Positions 25,440 through 37,886 of a stretch of 64,000 nucleotides of DNA are shown one piece after another (positions within the stretch are counted from its first letter, which is position 1; every line of letters starts with the position of its first letter). The stretch lies in contig OX597820.1 of NCBI GenBank assembly GCA_951406725.2, positions 110,360,001 through 110,424,000 on the forward strand, written 5' to 3'. The notes under the pieces are model-generated. The model saw nothing but the letters and a program-made list of their open reading frames with translations, did not search any database and had not been told where the DNA came from. This DNA comes from Octopus vulgaris. Lineage: Eukaryota. The position numbers and the translations under genes were made by a program.

Positions 25440-25600
25440 AAAACCGATTCTCGGTCGTCCAAACCACGACGATCAACAGGCGCGAAAAAAGGTTTTCTTT
25501 GTCCTGTCAAAAATTGATTGATCATCTCCCTTTGACCTGCGACCTCATCATGTCAGGCGAAGTTCAACTGGACAAGCGCTGACCTATTTAGGTACAAACT
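25440..25600. promoter_or_regulatory. Candidate cis-regulatory element (local CpG-rich patch with no match to other repeats in this window)
   Basis: About 10 CpGs in 160 bp within CpG-poor DNA; E2F-like GGCGCGAAA at 25479-25487; nuclear-receptor-like TGACCTgCGACCT at 25533-25545. Confidence 0.3.
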
Positions 25601-26375
25601 CTGCTGCAGTATGTCTGTCTTTCTAGCTGCCACAAATATTATAAAACTGTGGTGAAACAAGAGAGGCAAGCAGACAGACGAGATAGATCTATCTACGACC
25701 CAAGGTTTTGGCAGACCGCAGGGGCAGAGAGAAATGTTTGAAGTGCCAATAGACTACTGTTTCGAATGAAACACACACACATGCACACACACAAGCATAT
25801 TCATTCCTAATATGTACTCTGTATTTCTAGCAACTCATAGCAGTTACCTACATTTTGTATGAAATGTACCTATAACAAATCAAACCCTGTAAATAAATTC
25901 CTTTCAATCATGAATCGGTTTACGTATTTGTTTACATACACACTTAACCACTACATAGTCTTACAGAGATGGGGCTGAAGAATGCAGATTTCCACTTGAA
26001 TCAGTGGTTCCACTTCAACTTCAAATTTGTGTATTTAAAACTATGACAGCAAAAGTTTCTGTGAATATACATCTTTGTTTCCTAACATTTGCTATTAACT
26101 GCACAACTAGCTGTTCTCATTTTATTTATATAAAAATAAAACCGCTAGCTTTTATGCTAATACAAAATTACCAATCATCTTTAAGACCACAATCACAAGA
26201 AAATTTCATCAATACTTCCATCCAATTGATAATATCTCTATTTGTAAATAAATATAATATGGCTTCCCCAGACATTAGTAAATCTTGCTGCTACTCTCAA
26301 CTCTTCAAACACAGAAATCAGTGTATAACAGTTCTGTTCACCAAAATATAACATTTGACATCAAGTATTTTATAG

Positions 26376-26504
26376 TTCTTGATGGATCACTATTTATTCA
26401 AAATGACTCCATCAAAAATAGAGGACTACTCCTTACAGCATTGACAGAGGGAAAATTCAATACAGGAACTGTTGACATCACACAGACACATGTGGTATTA
26501 AAAG
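26376..26504 (+). CDS. Weak candidate host exon
   Basis: Acceptor gtattttatag|, open frame LDGSLFIQNDSIKNRGLLLTALTEGKFNTGTVDITQTHVVLK, possible donors after 26494 or 26504. Start phase does not join 16824 directly. Confidence 0.25.
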
Positions 26505-26658
26505 GTACTTTTCTTGAGATATAGCTATTGAATCTACTTAATGACTGATTAAGCAATTTTCTTGGTATTAACTATTAATGTGAGGGCAGTAATTATCTGC
26601 TGTCAACCTCCCTCTTTTTCTTTTATTGTCTCTATCAATCACACTGTTACTTACTTCA

Positions 26659-26748
<90 letters not shown>

Positions 26749-27765
26749 CCACTTTAGCAAAAATCAAACTTACTCTGTTAATTTTTCGATCAGTTTGAAC
26801 AGTTCAGAGATTTCTCTCCTTCGTTACCAGTAATGTTAAATGCTTTTATAGTTCAGTTCATGTTGAACTGTTATCAAAAATGTTCCAGTTTGTGGCCTTC
26901 CCACCTTTTTCAAAATTGGTGTGTCTATGGCTGCATTACTCAATGATTCATTTTATCTTTTTTTAAGACAGAGCAATTGAATGCAGTTTCGGGGAAATTT
27001 GAATGTTGTTTCTGATAGGTCAAGCAACTTTAATGCAAATGATCTTTCTTTCTTTTTGAACTGGGTGTAATACTAATTGATTCAAAATTCAGTGTAGTTT
27101 ACTGCAGTTACTATGTTAGCTGCACTTTGTATTTATGACATTATTGATGCCTTGTTTGATTATTGTAGCAAAATATGTCTCCTCAATGCTTACCAACAAA
27201 ACAAGTACAGCTGTATTCAAGTCATCCAAAGTTTTAAAACTTCACACTTTATGCCAGTATATGAATTCATTTTATCATTTTCAGTATCTAAATCACTTAT
27301 CATATTGAAACTTGATAAGTGTCTAAAATATGGATATAAACCATATTTTCGTGTGTAAATATTTTCTATTTATTAAAGAACATTTTGGGTTCTCACTTAA
27401 TTCTTCCTTTTCTCTTAGGATCTGGGATTCTATATGTTCCTTTAAACATTAAATACACTAAATTCTGATTAATTTCCCCCCTATTTTTTTCTCACATATA
27501 ATTTTAAATTGTGTTAATGCTTTACCTCATATCAACTAGAAACTCAAGTAAACAAACAACTAAATTGTTTTCCATAAAAGATATTTTGCTTTATAAAAAA
27601 TTTTGCCTTACATCTCAATGCATCTGTTTTCTTAAAATAACAATTTCTCTTTCTGTAAATATCTGATTATTGAATAATTTGAAATTCTGGAATTGGTTCT
27701 TGAGTTTTTAAATTTCTGTTGGATATGAAACAAAGATCTGTTATGAACTTTTATATATATCCTTG

Positions 27766-27809
27766 AACTTTGACTTTCAGTGCTAATAAGACATTCATCA
27801 GGTAAAGTT
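27766..27809 (-). ncRNA. Decayed hammerhead-like motif
   Basis: AACUUU ac CUGAUGA AUGUCU UAUU AGCACU GAAA GUC AAAGUU; stem III deleted. Confidence 0.4.
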
Positions 27810-28391
27810 TCAGTTGAAAGCATAAAGCAAAGGTATGTTCTCATAAATCTATCATAGATGTTTGCTATCAGCTGAATGATGCAGCATTCAAACTCATTAA
27901 TTGGCTTTTGTTAATTAATAACAATAAAATTGCTACAAGTAGGCTATCCTGTCATTAACATCTGCTTATTGTTGGCCTTCAGCATTGCACCCCGTCTTTG
28001 TTAGCTTCCAGTTACCTTGAAATACCATTTTGTGTCTAATTAGATGGAAGACCATTGTCTCAACAATAAATTGTCTAATTTTGTATTTGTTAGTTTATGA
28101 GAAGCATCAAATGTCCATAGCCTTATTAAAATGCTTTCATACTGGGTGAATGAGGTTAATCAAGTTAGCATTAATAGGATTAACTATTGTAGAGTCCTTA
28201 AACTGAAATTATGGGCAATATAAGTGAATTACAACAGTATGGGGAGATAAAGAAGTTTTGGATTAGCCATATGGAAGTATATTAACCTGGGATTCTGGTC
28301 AAAAGGATCCCAATATATTAAGTGATTGCCCTCCATTTCATTCTACACTTTTGTCAAATCACATGCTGATATTAAACACAATTTCATCATA

Positions 28392-28688
28392 GAAGGTGTT
28401 TATAATCCATTTAAAAACACACAAAAACCATTAGATTCACTTCAACATTTAAATTTAATTTGCCAAAATATTCACTGATAAAATTCCATGCAGCATGGAA
28501 TTTTGTCAGTGAACAAGTTGTGGTCTCAAAGCGACAAAAATATTTTGGCAAATTAAATTTAAATGTTGAAGTGAATCTAATGGTTTTTGTGTGTTTTTAA
28601 ACGGCTTATAAACACCTTCCATGCTGCAATTGTTTTAGTTTCAGCACACGATCTCAGATCAGGTCACTTGCTATGCAAGTACATCTCC
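28392..28688 (+). mobile_element. Fold-back mini-element (palindrome 28392-28619 centred at 28492, plus 3' tail)
   Basis: ~100-bp near-perfect arms; the right arm has ~27 extra nt forming a hammerhead-like motif (28502-28552). Confidence 0.8.
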
Positions 28689-29398
28689 AAACTGATATTA
28701 TTTTATTAAAAGATACATTTTGAAGTACAGTGATTTATGAAATCCAGTAATGTGATAAAATATTCATTAAAAGCAAAATATTTGAGATATTATTCCATAT
28801 AACACCAACATTTGAACCCTTAGGCTCCTTTAGCTGAGCCCACTCTTTTGCAAGCATTTGAGACAGGTCACCAATCCAAATATATCTTCCTCTCATCTTC
28901 CTACAAGTCTCAGAGGTCCTGCAAAAAGTTATGCATGCTGCCCTTCCTATATTCCCTTCTGAGTAGCCACAAAAAATGGAAAGAGAGAAAATTATAGAGT
29001 ATAGAAATTAGTTGACAGTAATAAAAGTTTATTCAGATTTTAATCACAAAGTAACAGAAACTAAAACAGTTAAAATATATCCCTAATTAATTAAACAATA
29101 ACTGTCTCTTATAAAATTAACTGGGAGTTGCTGATAATTAACATTGCATTATTTTTGTCTTTCTTCAGCTAAAAGGATATTTTCAATTAATTGAGTATTT
29201 TTTTATGTTCTTCATTTTTAGCTCATCATCTTTAAACTTATCTAAATTTATGTCATTGGCCTAATTGAGTTATTTCACTTAGCTTATTATCATTTTTTTA
29301 ATTTCAATTTTGTAAATCATTACTGGCCAAAAATCTTTGTGACATTTTCTGTATATAAATACTCTGTTATGTGATCAAAGCCAGATTCAATAAACTAT

Positions 29399-29441
29399 GT
29401 TTGGTTGATGAGGTCCATTAAGGCTGAAACATGCCTGAAAC
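29399..29441 (+). ncRNA. Decayed hammerhead-like motif
   Basis: GUUUGG UUGAUGA GGUCC AUUAA GGCU GAAAC AU GCC UGAAAC. Confidence 0.4.
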
Positions 29442-29659
29442 TGTCTATTGCTTTTCATCTAAGTATGTAAATTAACTTCGAGATTTTATTTTTAATTTGT
29501 TGAAGTTATCTCCCCTTTTCTTATTGAGTCATTACCAATTACTACTGTTTTTGTTTTTAGGTTCTTTTCTTCAGCTAAGAATGAAATTTTAATTAAATGG
29601 AAATATTTTTGCATATATCATTCAGTACATCACCTTTTATTGATTCATAAAAGAATGTT

Positions 29660-29850
29660 CTACTATAATCTATAAAACACTCACAGTAAGCAGACATACT
29701 CTATCATTTTTAATATACTGACAAGAAACTGATATAATCTATAATCTGTAATACACTCACAAGAAGCTGATTATAATTCAAGTGTTATCCATTGTACATT
29801 GGCAAGAAGCTGATAACTATAATCTGCTGTACACTTACCAGTAATTGATA
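29660..29850 (+). repeat. Degenerate ~38-40 bp tandem repeat, ~5 units
   Basis: Recurring ctataatctgtaatacactcacaagaagctgata-like unit. Confidence 0.55.
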
Positions 29851-30254
29851 GGTCATCTGAGGTTGATCATCCAAGGATCAATCAGTGAATGATCCAGCAA
29901 GAATTTTATTTTGTGCCTTGGAATGTTAACATTCAGTCTAAACTGAAACAGTTTGGGAGTCTGACTGTCTTTTATGTAATATTAGTTATATATCATAAAT
30001 AATGTTCCTTATAAAGACGGCTGTTTATCATGAGCAGTAAGTGTATTGATTTCAGTTATTTTATTCATTTTTAAACAAGTAACAGATTATTTTGTTTCCT
30101 TGTGATGTTATGATTTTGCATGGTATGAATTTAATAACAGAAAAATCTTACTCTTATTTATCACTGGTTAATTTTCCAAATTGTTTGTCACTGGCTGTCA
30201 GTCTAGAAACCTGAGTTAAACCAAATTGGTCAAGCAGTATTAGTGGCCAGAAAG

Positions 30255-30400
30255 ATGCAGGTATGGCTGTGTGGGTAGAAAGATTACTTTGTCAATCTCT
30301 TGTCCTGAGTTATATCTTACGTATGGCACCTTGGGCAAGTGCCTTGGGCTGACCAGTAACATGTGAGTGGATTTGCTAGACAAACAGTAAATGAAAATTG
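30255..30400 (+). mobile_element. Decayed tRNA-SINE head
   Basis: gcaggtatggctgtgtgggtag...tggcaccttgggcaagtg...gtgagtggatttg. Confidence 0.6.
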
Positions 30401-31459
30401 TATGTGTGAGTGTGTATGTGTCTGTCTATGTGTGTGTGTGTGTGTATTATTTAAATATCATTATTTGACATAGACTTTTCCATGTTTGCATGGGTCAGAC
30501 GAAATTTACATATATCTTGTCTACCTACCTACCTACTTAACGCTAGTCAAACTGGTTCCACATAAGTTGGCTATTTTTGTGTGTTTAATGTTGTCCAGCA
30601 ACATACACTTCCAAACTTGATTAATATTTACATAGGATTTTGCCCCTCTGTGAACGAAATTTCCGAAATTTCAAAGGCTTTTGTCGATTCCTTTTAGCCA
30701 TTTTTCGTTTCGAAAATAGCGACTGCAAACCATGATGCTAGCGCACAAGTCATGCGGAATGTTTGCGGGGAGCTAAAGACTTTCTTAGCCTCCCGCTACC
30801 ATTAGTTGCTGAACCTGACAGCTTGAATGCCACTGTCACTACCACCACCAAAGACTTCAACTCTGCCGGCAACACCAACACTACTACTACTACAACTTCT
30901 GCTGCAACAGCTACCTCCTCTGCTACCGACACCACCACCAGTGACAGCAACAACAAAAACAAATCAAATTTTCCAGAAGCCTTAAAACAAAAAAAGACAA
31001 TGCTACACTTCACAACAGAACAAATAAAACAAAGTCCCTCTTAACTCAGCAAGGTTCAAATCTACACCTCAACATCCCACAAAATATCATAGACACCACA
31101 CAAAAAAGAATAATCGTGTATAAAGTTATTAATGTGAAAACATGCAGACCAGAGCAAGCACCACAGGAACTGATTGAAAATTTGTTTGCGTTCAATATGG
31201 GCATATAAGAATTATGTGAACTGGTGGAAGAGATATGTGATAATACAAGTTCACTTCAACAGCAAAGAAAAAGCCAAAGAACTCTCAAACTCACCCTACA
31301 GTCAAATTTTTATTCTGACATACCTTGGTCAATGTGTGACCAAAATCTCAATCAAAAATATCCCTCCAGAAGTAGAGACATAGTGGCTGTTGTCCACCAT
31401 TTATTATAACATTTGTTAGAACATAGACATCCTAGAGATTGCAGCAATGGATGTCCTTT

Positions 31460-34400
31460 TCGACTCATATCAATCTACACACTGCCTTTAACAGGTTGGC
31501 CAAATTTCTTTTGACGTCTAGAAGTATTCCTAGGAATGTCTCGAACTTTACTTTTAGTGGGGGATTGGAATGCTACCTTGGACACGCATCTAGACTACAT
31601 GGACAGTGATAGTAATAGGAGGGGTTGCAAATGCCTCAAAGACCTACTCAGATGCTTTCAACTTTCTGACAGGTTCCAACTTGACCACCCGAATGCGCCA
31701 ATGTGGACATGGAGCAGCCACATTGGGTCATCGAGACCGTATCTAGATAGAATACTGTGTAGGACAATAGATAAAGATAGCATAGGGTGTCCTCAATTCC
31801 ACATAGTCAGCTACACGGATCACAAACTTGTGACATGTATGCTAGACTTAGATAAGGCATATAGGCAGGGTCCTGGTTACTGGAAACTGAACATGTCTTT
31901 CCCATCGAGACAGGTTTTCAGAGTCCGAATTAGCACACTAGTGAATAGGGCTTTGACGGGATCATCAGCAACAACAAATGGTGGTTTGCACTCTAGGGAG
32001 CAATAAAAGACGAATCAATTAGGTATAGCAAAGTACTAGCGATAGATAGAAACAAAATAGAAGGTGACCTAGTTAAGAAATTAGAAGTGGCATCGCATCC
32101 AATGTATTGGCAGTGTGGTTGGCCCTAGACCAACACTTCAACAGCAAGCACAAAGGGTGCGTTGTCAGGGCTAGGATGCATGTTCTCAGAAACGAAGGTG
32201 TTGGAGCCACGCAAGAGGCCTTGGTAGTGGAGGCGCAACAGGGCAACAAAGTCACCATTCGGTCTCTGATGGATGAACAGGGGCGCAAGTTACTCAAGCC
32301 TAGTAAAATGTGTGAGGCCTTTCAGCAGCACTTCGCCCAACTTTTCAAGGCAAGTGGCAAGCAAGAATGCAGGATGGACTTCAATGCCTACCTCCATAGC
32401 CTGCCACGACTCTCGGCAAGAGAAGCAGAGTGTTGTGAAGGTGCCACCACAGCAGTGGACATGCAGGTTGCGATGGCAGAGTGTGCAGGGGACAAATTGC
32501 CAGGTTTGGATGGTCTGCGCTACGAGCTTTACAGTGGTATGCCAGACTTGTTTGGAGACATCTTGGCAGCAGTATATTGCAACTGGCAGCAAAATGGGAG
32601 CATCCCCAGTTTAGTGAGCTGAGGAGCTGTAACACTGCTAAAGAAAGATCCAAACAAGGGGGATGTAATAGATAACTTTAAGTCTATCACTCTGCTCAAT
32701 GCAGACTTGAAAATTTTGACCAAGGTGCTAGCCATGCCGGAGTATCCATGACAACCTCCACCTCATGCACTACATCATAGACAGGGTAGTTAAGGAACCT
32801 GGCATGGGTGGGGCACTGACCAATTTGGATCAATCCAAAGCTTTCGATAGGATAGACCATCGATACTTGGAGGTTGGCTTGTTTCGGTCCTGTTTTCTGC
32901 AGCTAAATCGCTGCCCTATACAAAGGCATCTGTTCAGTAATTTGTGTGAATGGGCACCTATCGAGACCTTTCAACATTGCATGTTCAGTCCGTCAAGGAT
33001 GCCCCCTCTCATCACTTCTGTACGTATTGACCTTTGAGCCATTACTATGGAAGCTGGCAATGCTGAGGGGCATCCTGTGAGAATTGGGATGCAGAATGAG
33101 TGTGTCCACATACGTGGATGATGTCACCATCATAGTGTCTAACCACGACCACATCGAGCTGGTCGGCGAGACACTGAATGACTGTGAAGCGGTAACAGGA
33201 GCGAAAATCAACCAGGAAAAGTCAGTGGACTTGCAGCTCAGCACCTGGAGAAGCAAGCCTATGCCATCCAGCAGTGCCGCCATCATGGGACGCTGGACCG
33301 ACAGTCTGGTCAAGTTGCTCGGGGTCTGGTTTAGCCCAGACCTCCAAACAGAGAAGAATTGGGATGAGATAACAAGTAGGGTGGCCACTTTCATCCAGCA
33401 ATGGGCCAAGAGGAAGCTGTCCCTAAAAGGTCAGGCAGAGGTGGTGAACACATACATTGCATCTGTCATCTACTGCCTCCTGACCGTCGTGCCTTTTCTC
33501 AACCCTACCATCACCAAACTGGAACACATCCTCTTCTGCTTCTTGTGGAAAGGAAACAATCCGATGCTCAGGCAATCCATTTTCTGCCAACACCAGATAA
33601 AAGGAGGGCTGGGCATGCCGTGGTTGATGATGCGTAGACACGTGCTGAGATTGTGACATCTTCGGCTCTACATAGACGATGGTGAACAGGTGTGGTCGCT
33701 GTTTGTGAGGCGTGCTTTCTTGCAGCTTGTCTCCATGACTGAACTGCAGTTGTGGATCCAAAAGAGGTTGAGGAATGGCAAAAGGCACTGTGAGTGTCAT
33801 GTTGCTCTCGAACAACTATGCCGTCCTGGGTCTGCCTTGAGTGACTGCATCACCATGAAAGCATTCTATAGGGGACTAGTGGAGGAGAGGTACAACAATG
33901 ATCTTCGGGCAAAACTTGGCGTCGATGAGGAATACCTGACCCGCCTGATCAAGATGGCATTTGGGCCAGGACCTATAGACAACTTCCAGAGATCCCTGGC
34001 CTGGCAGTGCTATCAAGAAGCGTTACTCGTGTGGGATAAGCTCTACAGGCATGGCTCGAGAAACACAGGGCTGACCTTCCTGAGATGCGGTCAGAGCAAC
34101 GAAACCATTCTGTATGCACTTGTAGTGTCCAACCATTTCTGACCTGTGGGCCTATGTCAAACAACTGCTATCACGTGTGGGACGAGTTGGTTTATCAGCC
34201 AAGTCTGTTGTCAATATTGTCATGCCTTCTTCCTTCAAATGGGAAGGAAGAGCCATTTTCATCATACTTGTGTCTATGGCGAAAGAATATGTATGGTGGA
34301 TGCGTCTGAAAGGTCTAGAGACAAACACGTTCCTCTCTGGTCAATCTCTCATCAACTTCTTCAAATATCACTTGAAGAGGAAGGTGAGAGTAGAGGGGGA

Positions 34401-34494
34401 AGTTTTGTCTAGTGAATGTTTCAATAAAAGATGGGTGAATGTATCGAGGATGGCATGTGTGAATGACAGAGCCACTTTGAGCATAATCCTATGA
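31460..34494 (+). pseudogene. Tx1-type ORF2 (APE endonuclease + reverse transcriptase), frameshifted
   Basis: Collinear ORF fragments 31536-32006, 32107-32622, 32765-33037, 33084-33656, 33690-34142, 34177-34494. Confidence 0.9.
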
Positions 34495-35029
34495 ACCAGA
34501 AAAAGAAAGGTAAAAAGAGAATCACTTACTGTGATATGTTTTTTGCATGACATTATTGCCCGAGGTTACCTTGGTCTTTTCCATAGGCTTTTCGTTCCAC
34601 GGATAAACCTAATCTGCTTTCCCTTTTACATCTATGACATTTCTGCGATACATGATCCCTATTCTTTCTTTTAATTGTTTCAGTCATATGATTGCAGCCA
34701 TGCTGGAACACCACCTTTAGTTGAGCAAATCAACCCCAGGACTTATTCTTTGTAATCCTAGTACTTATTCTATCGGTCTCTTTTGCCGAACCACTAAGTG
34801 ACGAGGACGTAAACACACCAGCATCAGTTGTCAAGCAATGTTGGGGGACAAACACAGACACACAAACATATACATACATATATATATATATGACAGGCTT
34901 CTTTCAGTTTCCATTTACCAAATGCATTCACAAAGCTTTGGTCAGACTGAGACTATAGTGGAAGACACTTGCTCAAGGTGCCATGCAGTGGGACTGGACC
35001 CTGAACCATGTGGTTGGTAAGCAAACTAC

Positions 35030-36420
35030 TTTATTTCTTTTAAATTGCCATAAAGGCATTACACAGAGGGGGACACTACAACACATGTAGGGACATATAA
35101 CAATTAAAAATATAGAAATAAAATACGATATAATGAATGATACATGAAAATGAACATGAAGAACAAATTAAAATATAATATGAATGATATCTGAAAATGA
35201 TATTATGAAGAATGTGCTACTCACCCCACACTGAGTAACACCACTTGCTGCCTCTGGGTCCTAAGTCCTTTTTCTCCTTCAGTTCAATCCTTTTTCTCCT
35301 TTCTCCATCACTTAGTGACATCATTCTCTCCGCCATGCATTCGTAACCTTTTTCACAGGGAGGCGGGGTCTTCTAAATTTTGTGGTGTCTGTTCATTCTT
35401 TTTTTTTTCTTATGGGGAGATGGGGTGGGTGGGTTTGGTGTCTGTATGGGGAGGGTGGGTCTGAGTGGTCTTGGGTGAGATGGAGTTGGACTGGGGTACC
35501 ACATCATACTCAGTGTCTTTTCTTTTTTTCGTCTTTCTCCTTCTGCTCTCTGTAACTTTCTATTCTTCCTCCTTTTTCTCCTTTCCTCCGTCTGTCTTTT
35601 CCTCTCTTTTCTCTTCTGTCTCCACAACTGTATCCTCAGATATTGTCCGCTGTAGAGGGCAGTATGCTCTAATGTGGCCCTTTTGGCCACATTTAAAACA
35701 ACGTGGTACTCTGCCCTCTACCCACACCCCCAGCACTATTTCCCCCAATGTCACTATCTCTGCCAAGTTCTCCAGTTGACCCTTCTCTGCCTGAATAATT
35801 AGTCCAAGTGCCCTTCCTTTCAATCCTCCTTCTTCTGTTTCTGTGGCTTGAAGGACAGCCACCTTCTCCTCACTTCCAACAAGTACAGCTGCTGCTACCC
35901 AAGCCAATTCTATATCCAGTAGAATTGCTTCTACCCTTACCTTGAAAGTCTTTCTTTCAAGGTATGTGGGCAGAAGCACTATTTCCTCTGTTTTCACCAC
36001 CACACTTGCCAGTCTCCTCGCCTTCTCTATTGTCCTAAATTGGACGACCATTGTCCCATATCTTTTCCTTTCGACTTCTCCCTTAGCGCCTTTTCTGTTT
36101 CAGCTTCCACCTGCTCGGCCTTTTTTTCCTTTTAACAAGAACACCTTGTAGGTGATCATTTTTTTCTCCATCTACTCCATAATTCCTTTGGGGGCGACAG
36201 CCTCACGTCCCCTCCTACCTACTGTACCATCTTCTCATACTCCTTCAGACCAGCCAACTCCAACTCCCTTCACTTCATCTCCATGACCTCAGCAAAACTC
36301 CTTGTCTTTTCCAACACTCCATCCATCTTTCTGAGTACATTGTCTCTATCCTCAACGCACAACAAAAATCAACGTCCAACATGAACGACAAACCAAATGC
36401 ACTCTGGGTGACACATGCGC
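35030..36420 (-). mobile_element. ORF1-only (half-LINE) Tx1-related retroposon
   Basis: 13-bp TSD GTAAGCAA(A/G)CTAC at 35017-35029 and 36421-36433; CCHC-knuckle ORF1; no EN or RT; Tx1-like 3' end. Confidence 0.8.
35560..36051 (-). pseudogene. Gag-like ORF1 fragment with CX2CX4HX4C zinc knuckle
   Basis: VWVEGRVPRCFKCGQKGHIRAYCP; upstream RRM-like VVQFRTIEKA..LLPTYL..KVRV. Confidence 0.8.
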
Positions 36421-36636
36421 GTAAGCAAGCTACCTACCACACAGCCACACCTGCACCTATTGATTGGCTTTTTTTTTTCCACAATCCGTTTTGATCGAAA
36501 TTTTATCCCCCCACTTTTTTTTACCTGCAAAAAGAAAAGCTCCACATTGTATTTTGTCCCCTCTGTGTTCGGCCCAGTGTGGCTAATAAAGAAATATATC
36601 TATCCGTCCATCCATCCATCTATATATATATATACA

Positions 36637-37886
36637 TCAGGTCATTAAGAATGAAATGTCTGATTTTCTTATGCACCAACTTTGACAGTTGTTAACTCTA
36701 ATGTTTTATCCTGACAAGTCTTCGTTTTACAACATTGAAGAGTTACATCATCACTTTTCGAAATGCAATTCATGGTGTCAGATTATATTGTGAGTTTTCT
36801 CTCATAAATCAATTTTTGTGAACCCATGGATAGATAAACTATTTGTGTTGTTTATGAATATGAGTTCCATCATGGAACCAATGCATCCCAAACAGCTCAA
36901 AACATCAATGAGGTGTTTGGTGAAGATGTGGCGAATGAGCACACTGTATGTCGATGGTTTGATAACTTCCAGTCTGGTGACTTTACTCTTGAAAATCAGC
37001 CCCATGGTAAACCTGAGACCAAGGTGGATAATGATGAGCTGGAAACTGTAGTGGAAGCAGATACATCTTAAACTACATATGGGTTAGCAGCAAAGTTTGA
37101 TGTTTCACTTCCAACTGTATTGGACCATCTGAAACAAATCAGCACAGTAAAGAAGCTGGACAAGTGGGTACCACACGAACTGAATGACCATAAAATGACA
37201 TGGCATCTTTAAACTTGCTGTTCTTTGCTGTCACGGCATAAAAGCAAACCATTTTTGCATCGTAATGTTATGTGTGATGAAAAATAGCTTCTTTTCAACA
37301 ACAGCAAGCATTCTGCACAGTGGTTGGGTAGAGACAAAGTGCCAAAACACAATCCAAAAAAGAATATTCACCAAAAAAATCTAATGGTGTCTATTTGGTG
37401 GTCCAGCACTGGTGTCATCCACTATAGCTTCATGAGATCTAGTAAGTCAGTTACAGCGGATGTATACATCAACCAGTTCAATGAAATGATGAGTGAACTT
37501 GTAATTAAACAATGAAGATTTGTCAATAGAGACAGGCCAATTCTCTTGCAAGACAATGCTCAATCACATGTTGCACAAAGAACACCACTCATGGAAGTAC
37601 TCTGACCATGTCCCAACTGACTGTCAATGGTTTCCAGGCATTAGACAACTTTTTGCGAGGAAAAGACTTTTCAAATCTGAAGAAGATGCAAAAACAGCCT
37701 TTTGTGATTTTATCATTTCTTGCTCTCCAGAATCCTTTGCTGCCGGCATAAATAAGCTACTGAAAAATTGTCAAAATTGTGTTGATAATTTAAGTGCATA
37801 CTTTGATTAAATGCATTGCTTTTTGCTGTAATAAAGTAAAATAAACTTTTAGCTCAAAATCGGACATTTCATTCTTAATGATCTCA
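36637..37886 (+). mobile_element. Mariner (DD34D) transposon, full length, decayed
   Basis: TIRs tcaggtcattaagaatgaaatgtctgatttt / aaaatcggacatttcattcttaatgatctca then TA; WVPHEL, CDEK, LLQDNA motifs. Confidence 0.92.

Larger units (their letters stand above)
34664..36455 (-). mobile_element. tRNA-derived SINE inserted in the Tx1 3' UTR, itself split by the element at 35030-36420
   Basis: Head gcaggtgtggctgtgtggtaggtagcttgcttac continues at caaccacatggttcagggtccagtccc; candidate TSD CCTATT at 34658-34663 and 36456-36461. Confidence 0.85.
30541..36596 (+). mobile_element. Tx1/L1-clade LINE, decayed: 5' UTR, partial ORF1 (~30750-31440), ORF2 (~31460-34494), 3' UTR interrupted by nested inserts
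   Basis: APE motifs VGDWNA, LDRI, TDHK, GPGYWKLN; RT motifs PGLDGL, LDQSKAFDRIDH, YVDDVT, KGGLGMP; 3' end tgtcccctctgtgttcggcccagtgtggctaataaagaaata. The 5' boundary is approximate. Confidence 0.9.

Noticed and set aside
29561-29578. Terminal exon VLFFS* after a strong acceptor
   Set aside because: Only the acceptor supports it and the peptide is too short to judge.
29660-29850. CRISPR-like spaced repeat
   Set aside because: Degenerate contiguous tandem units, no unique spacers, eukaryotic context.
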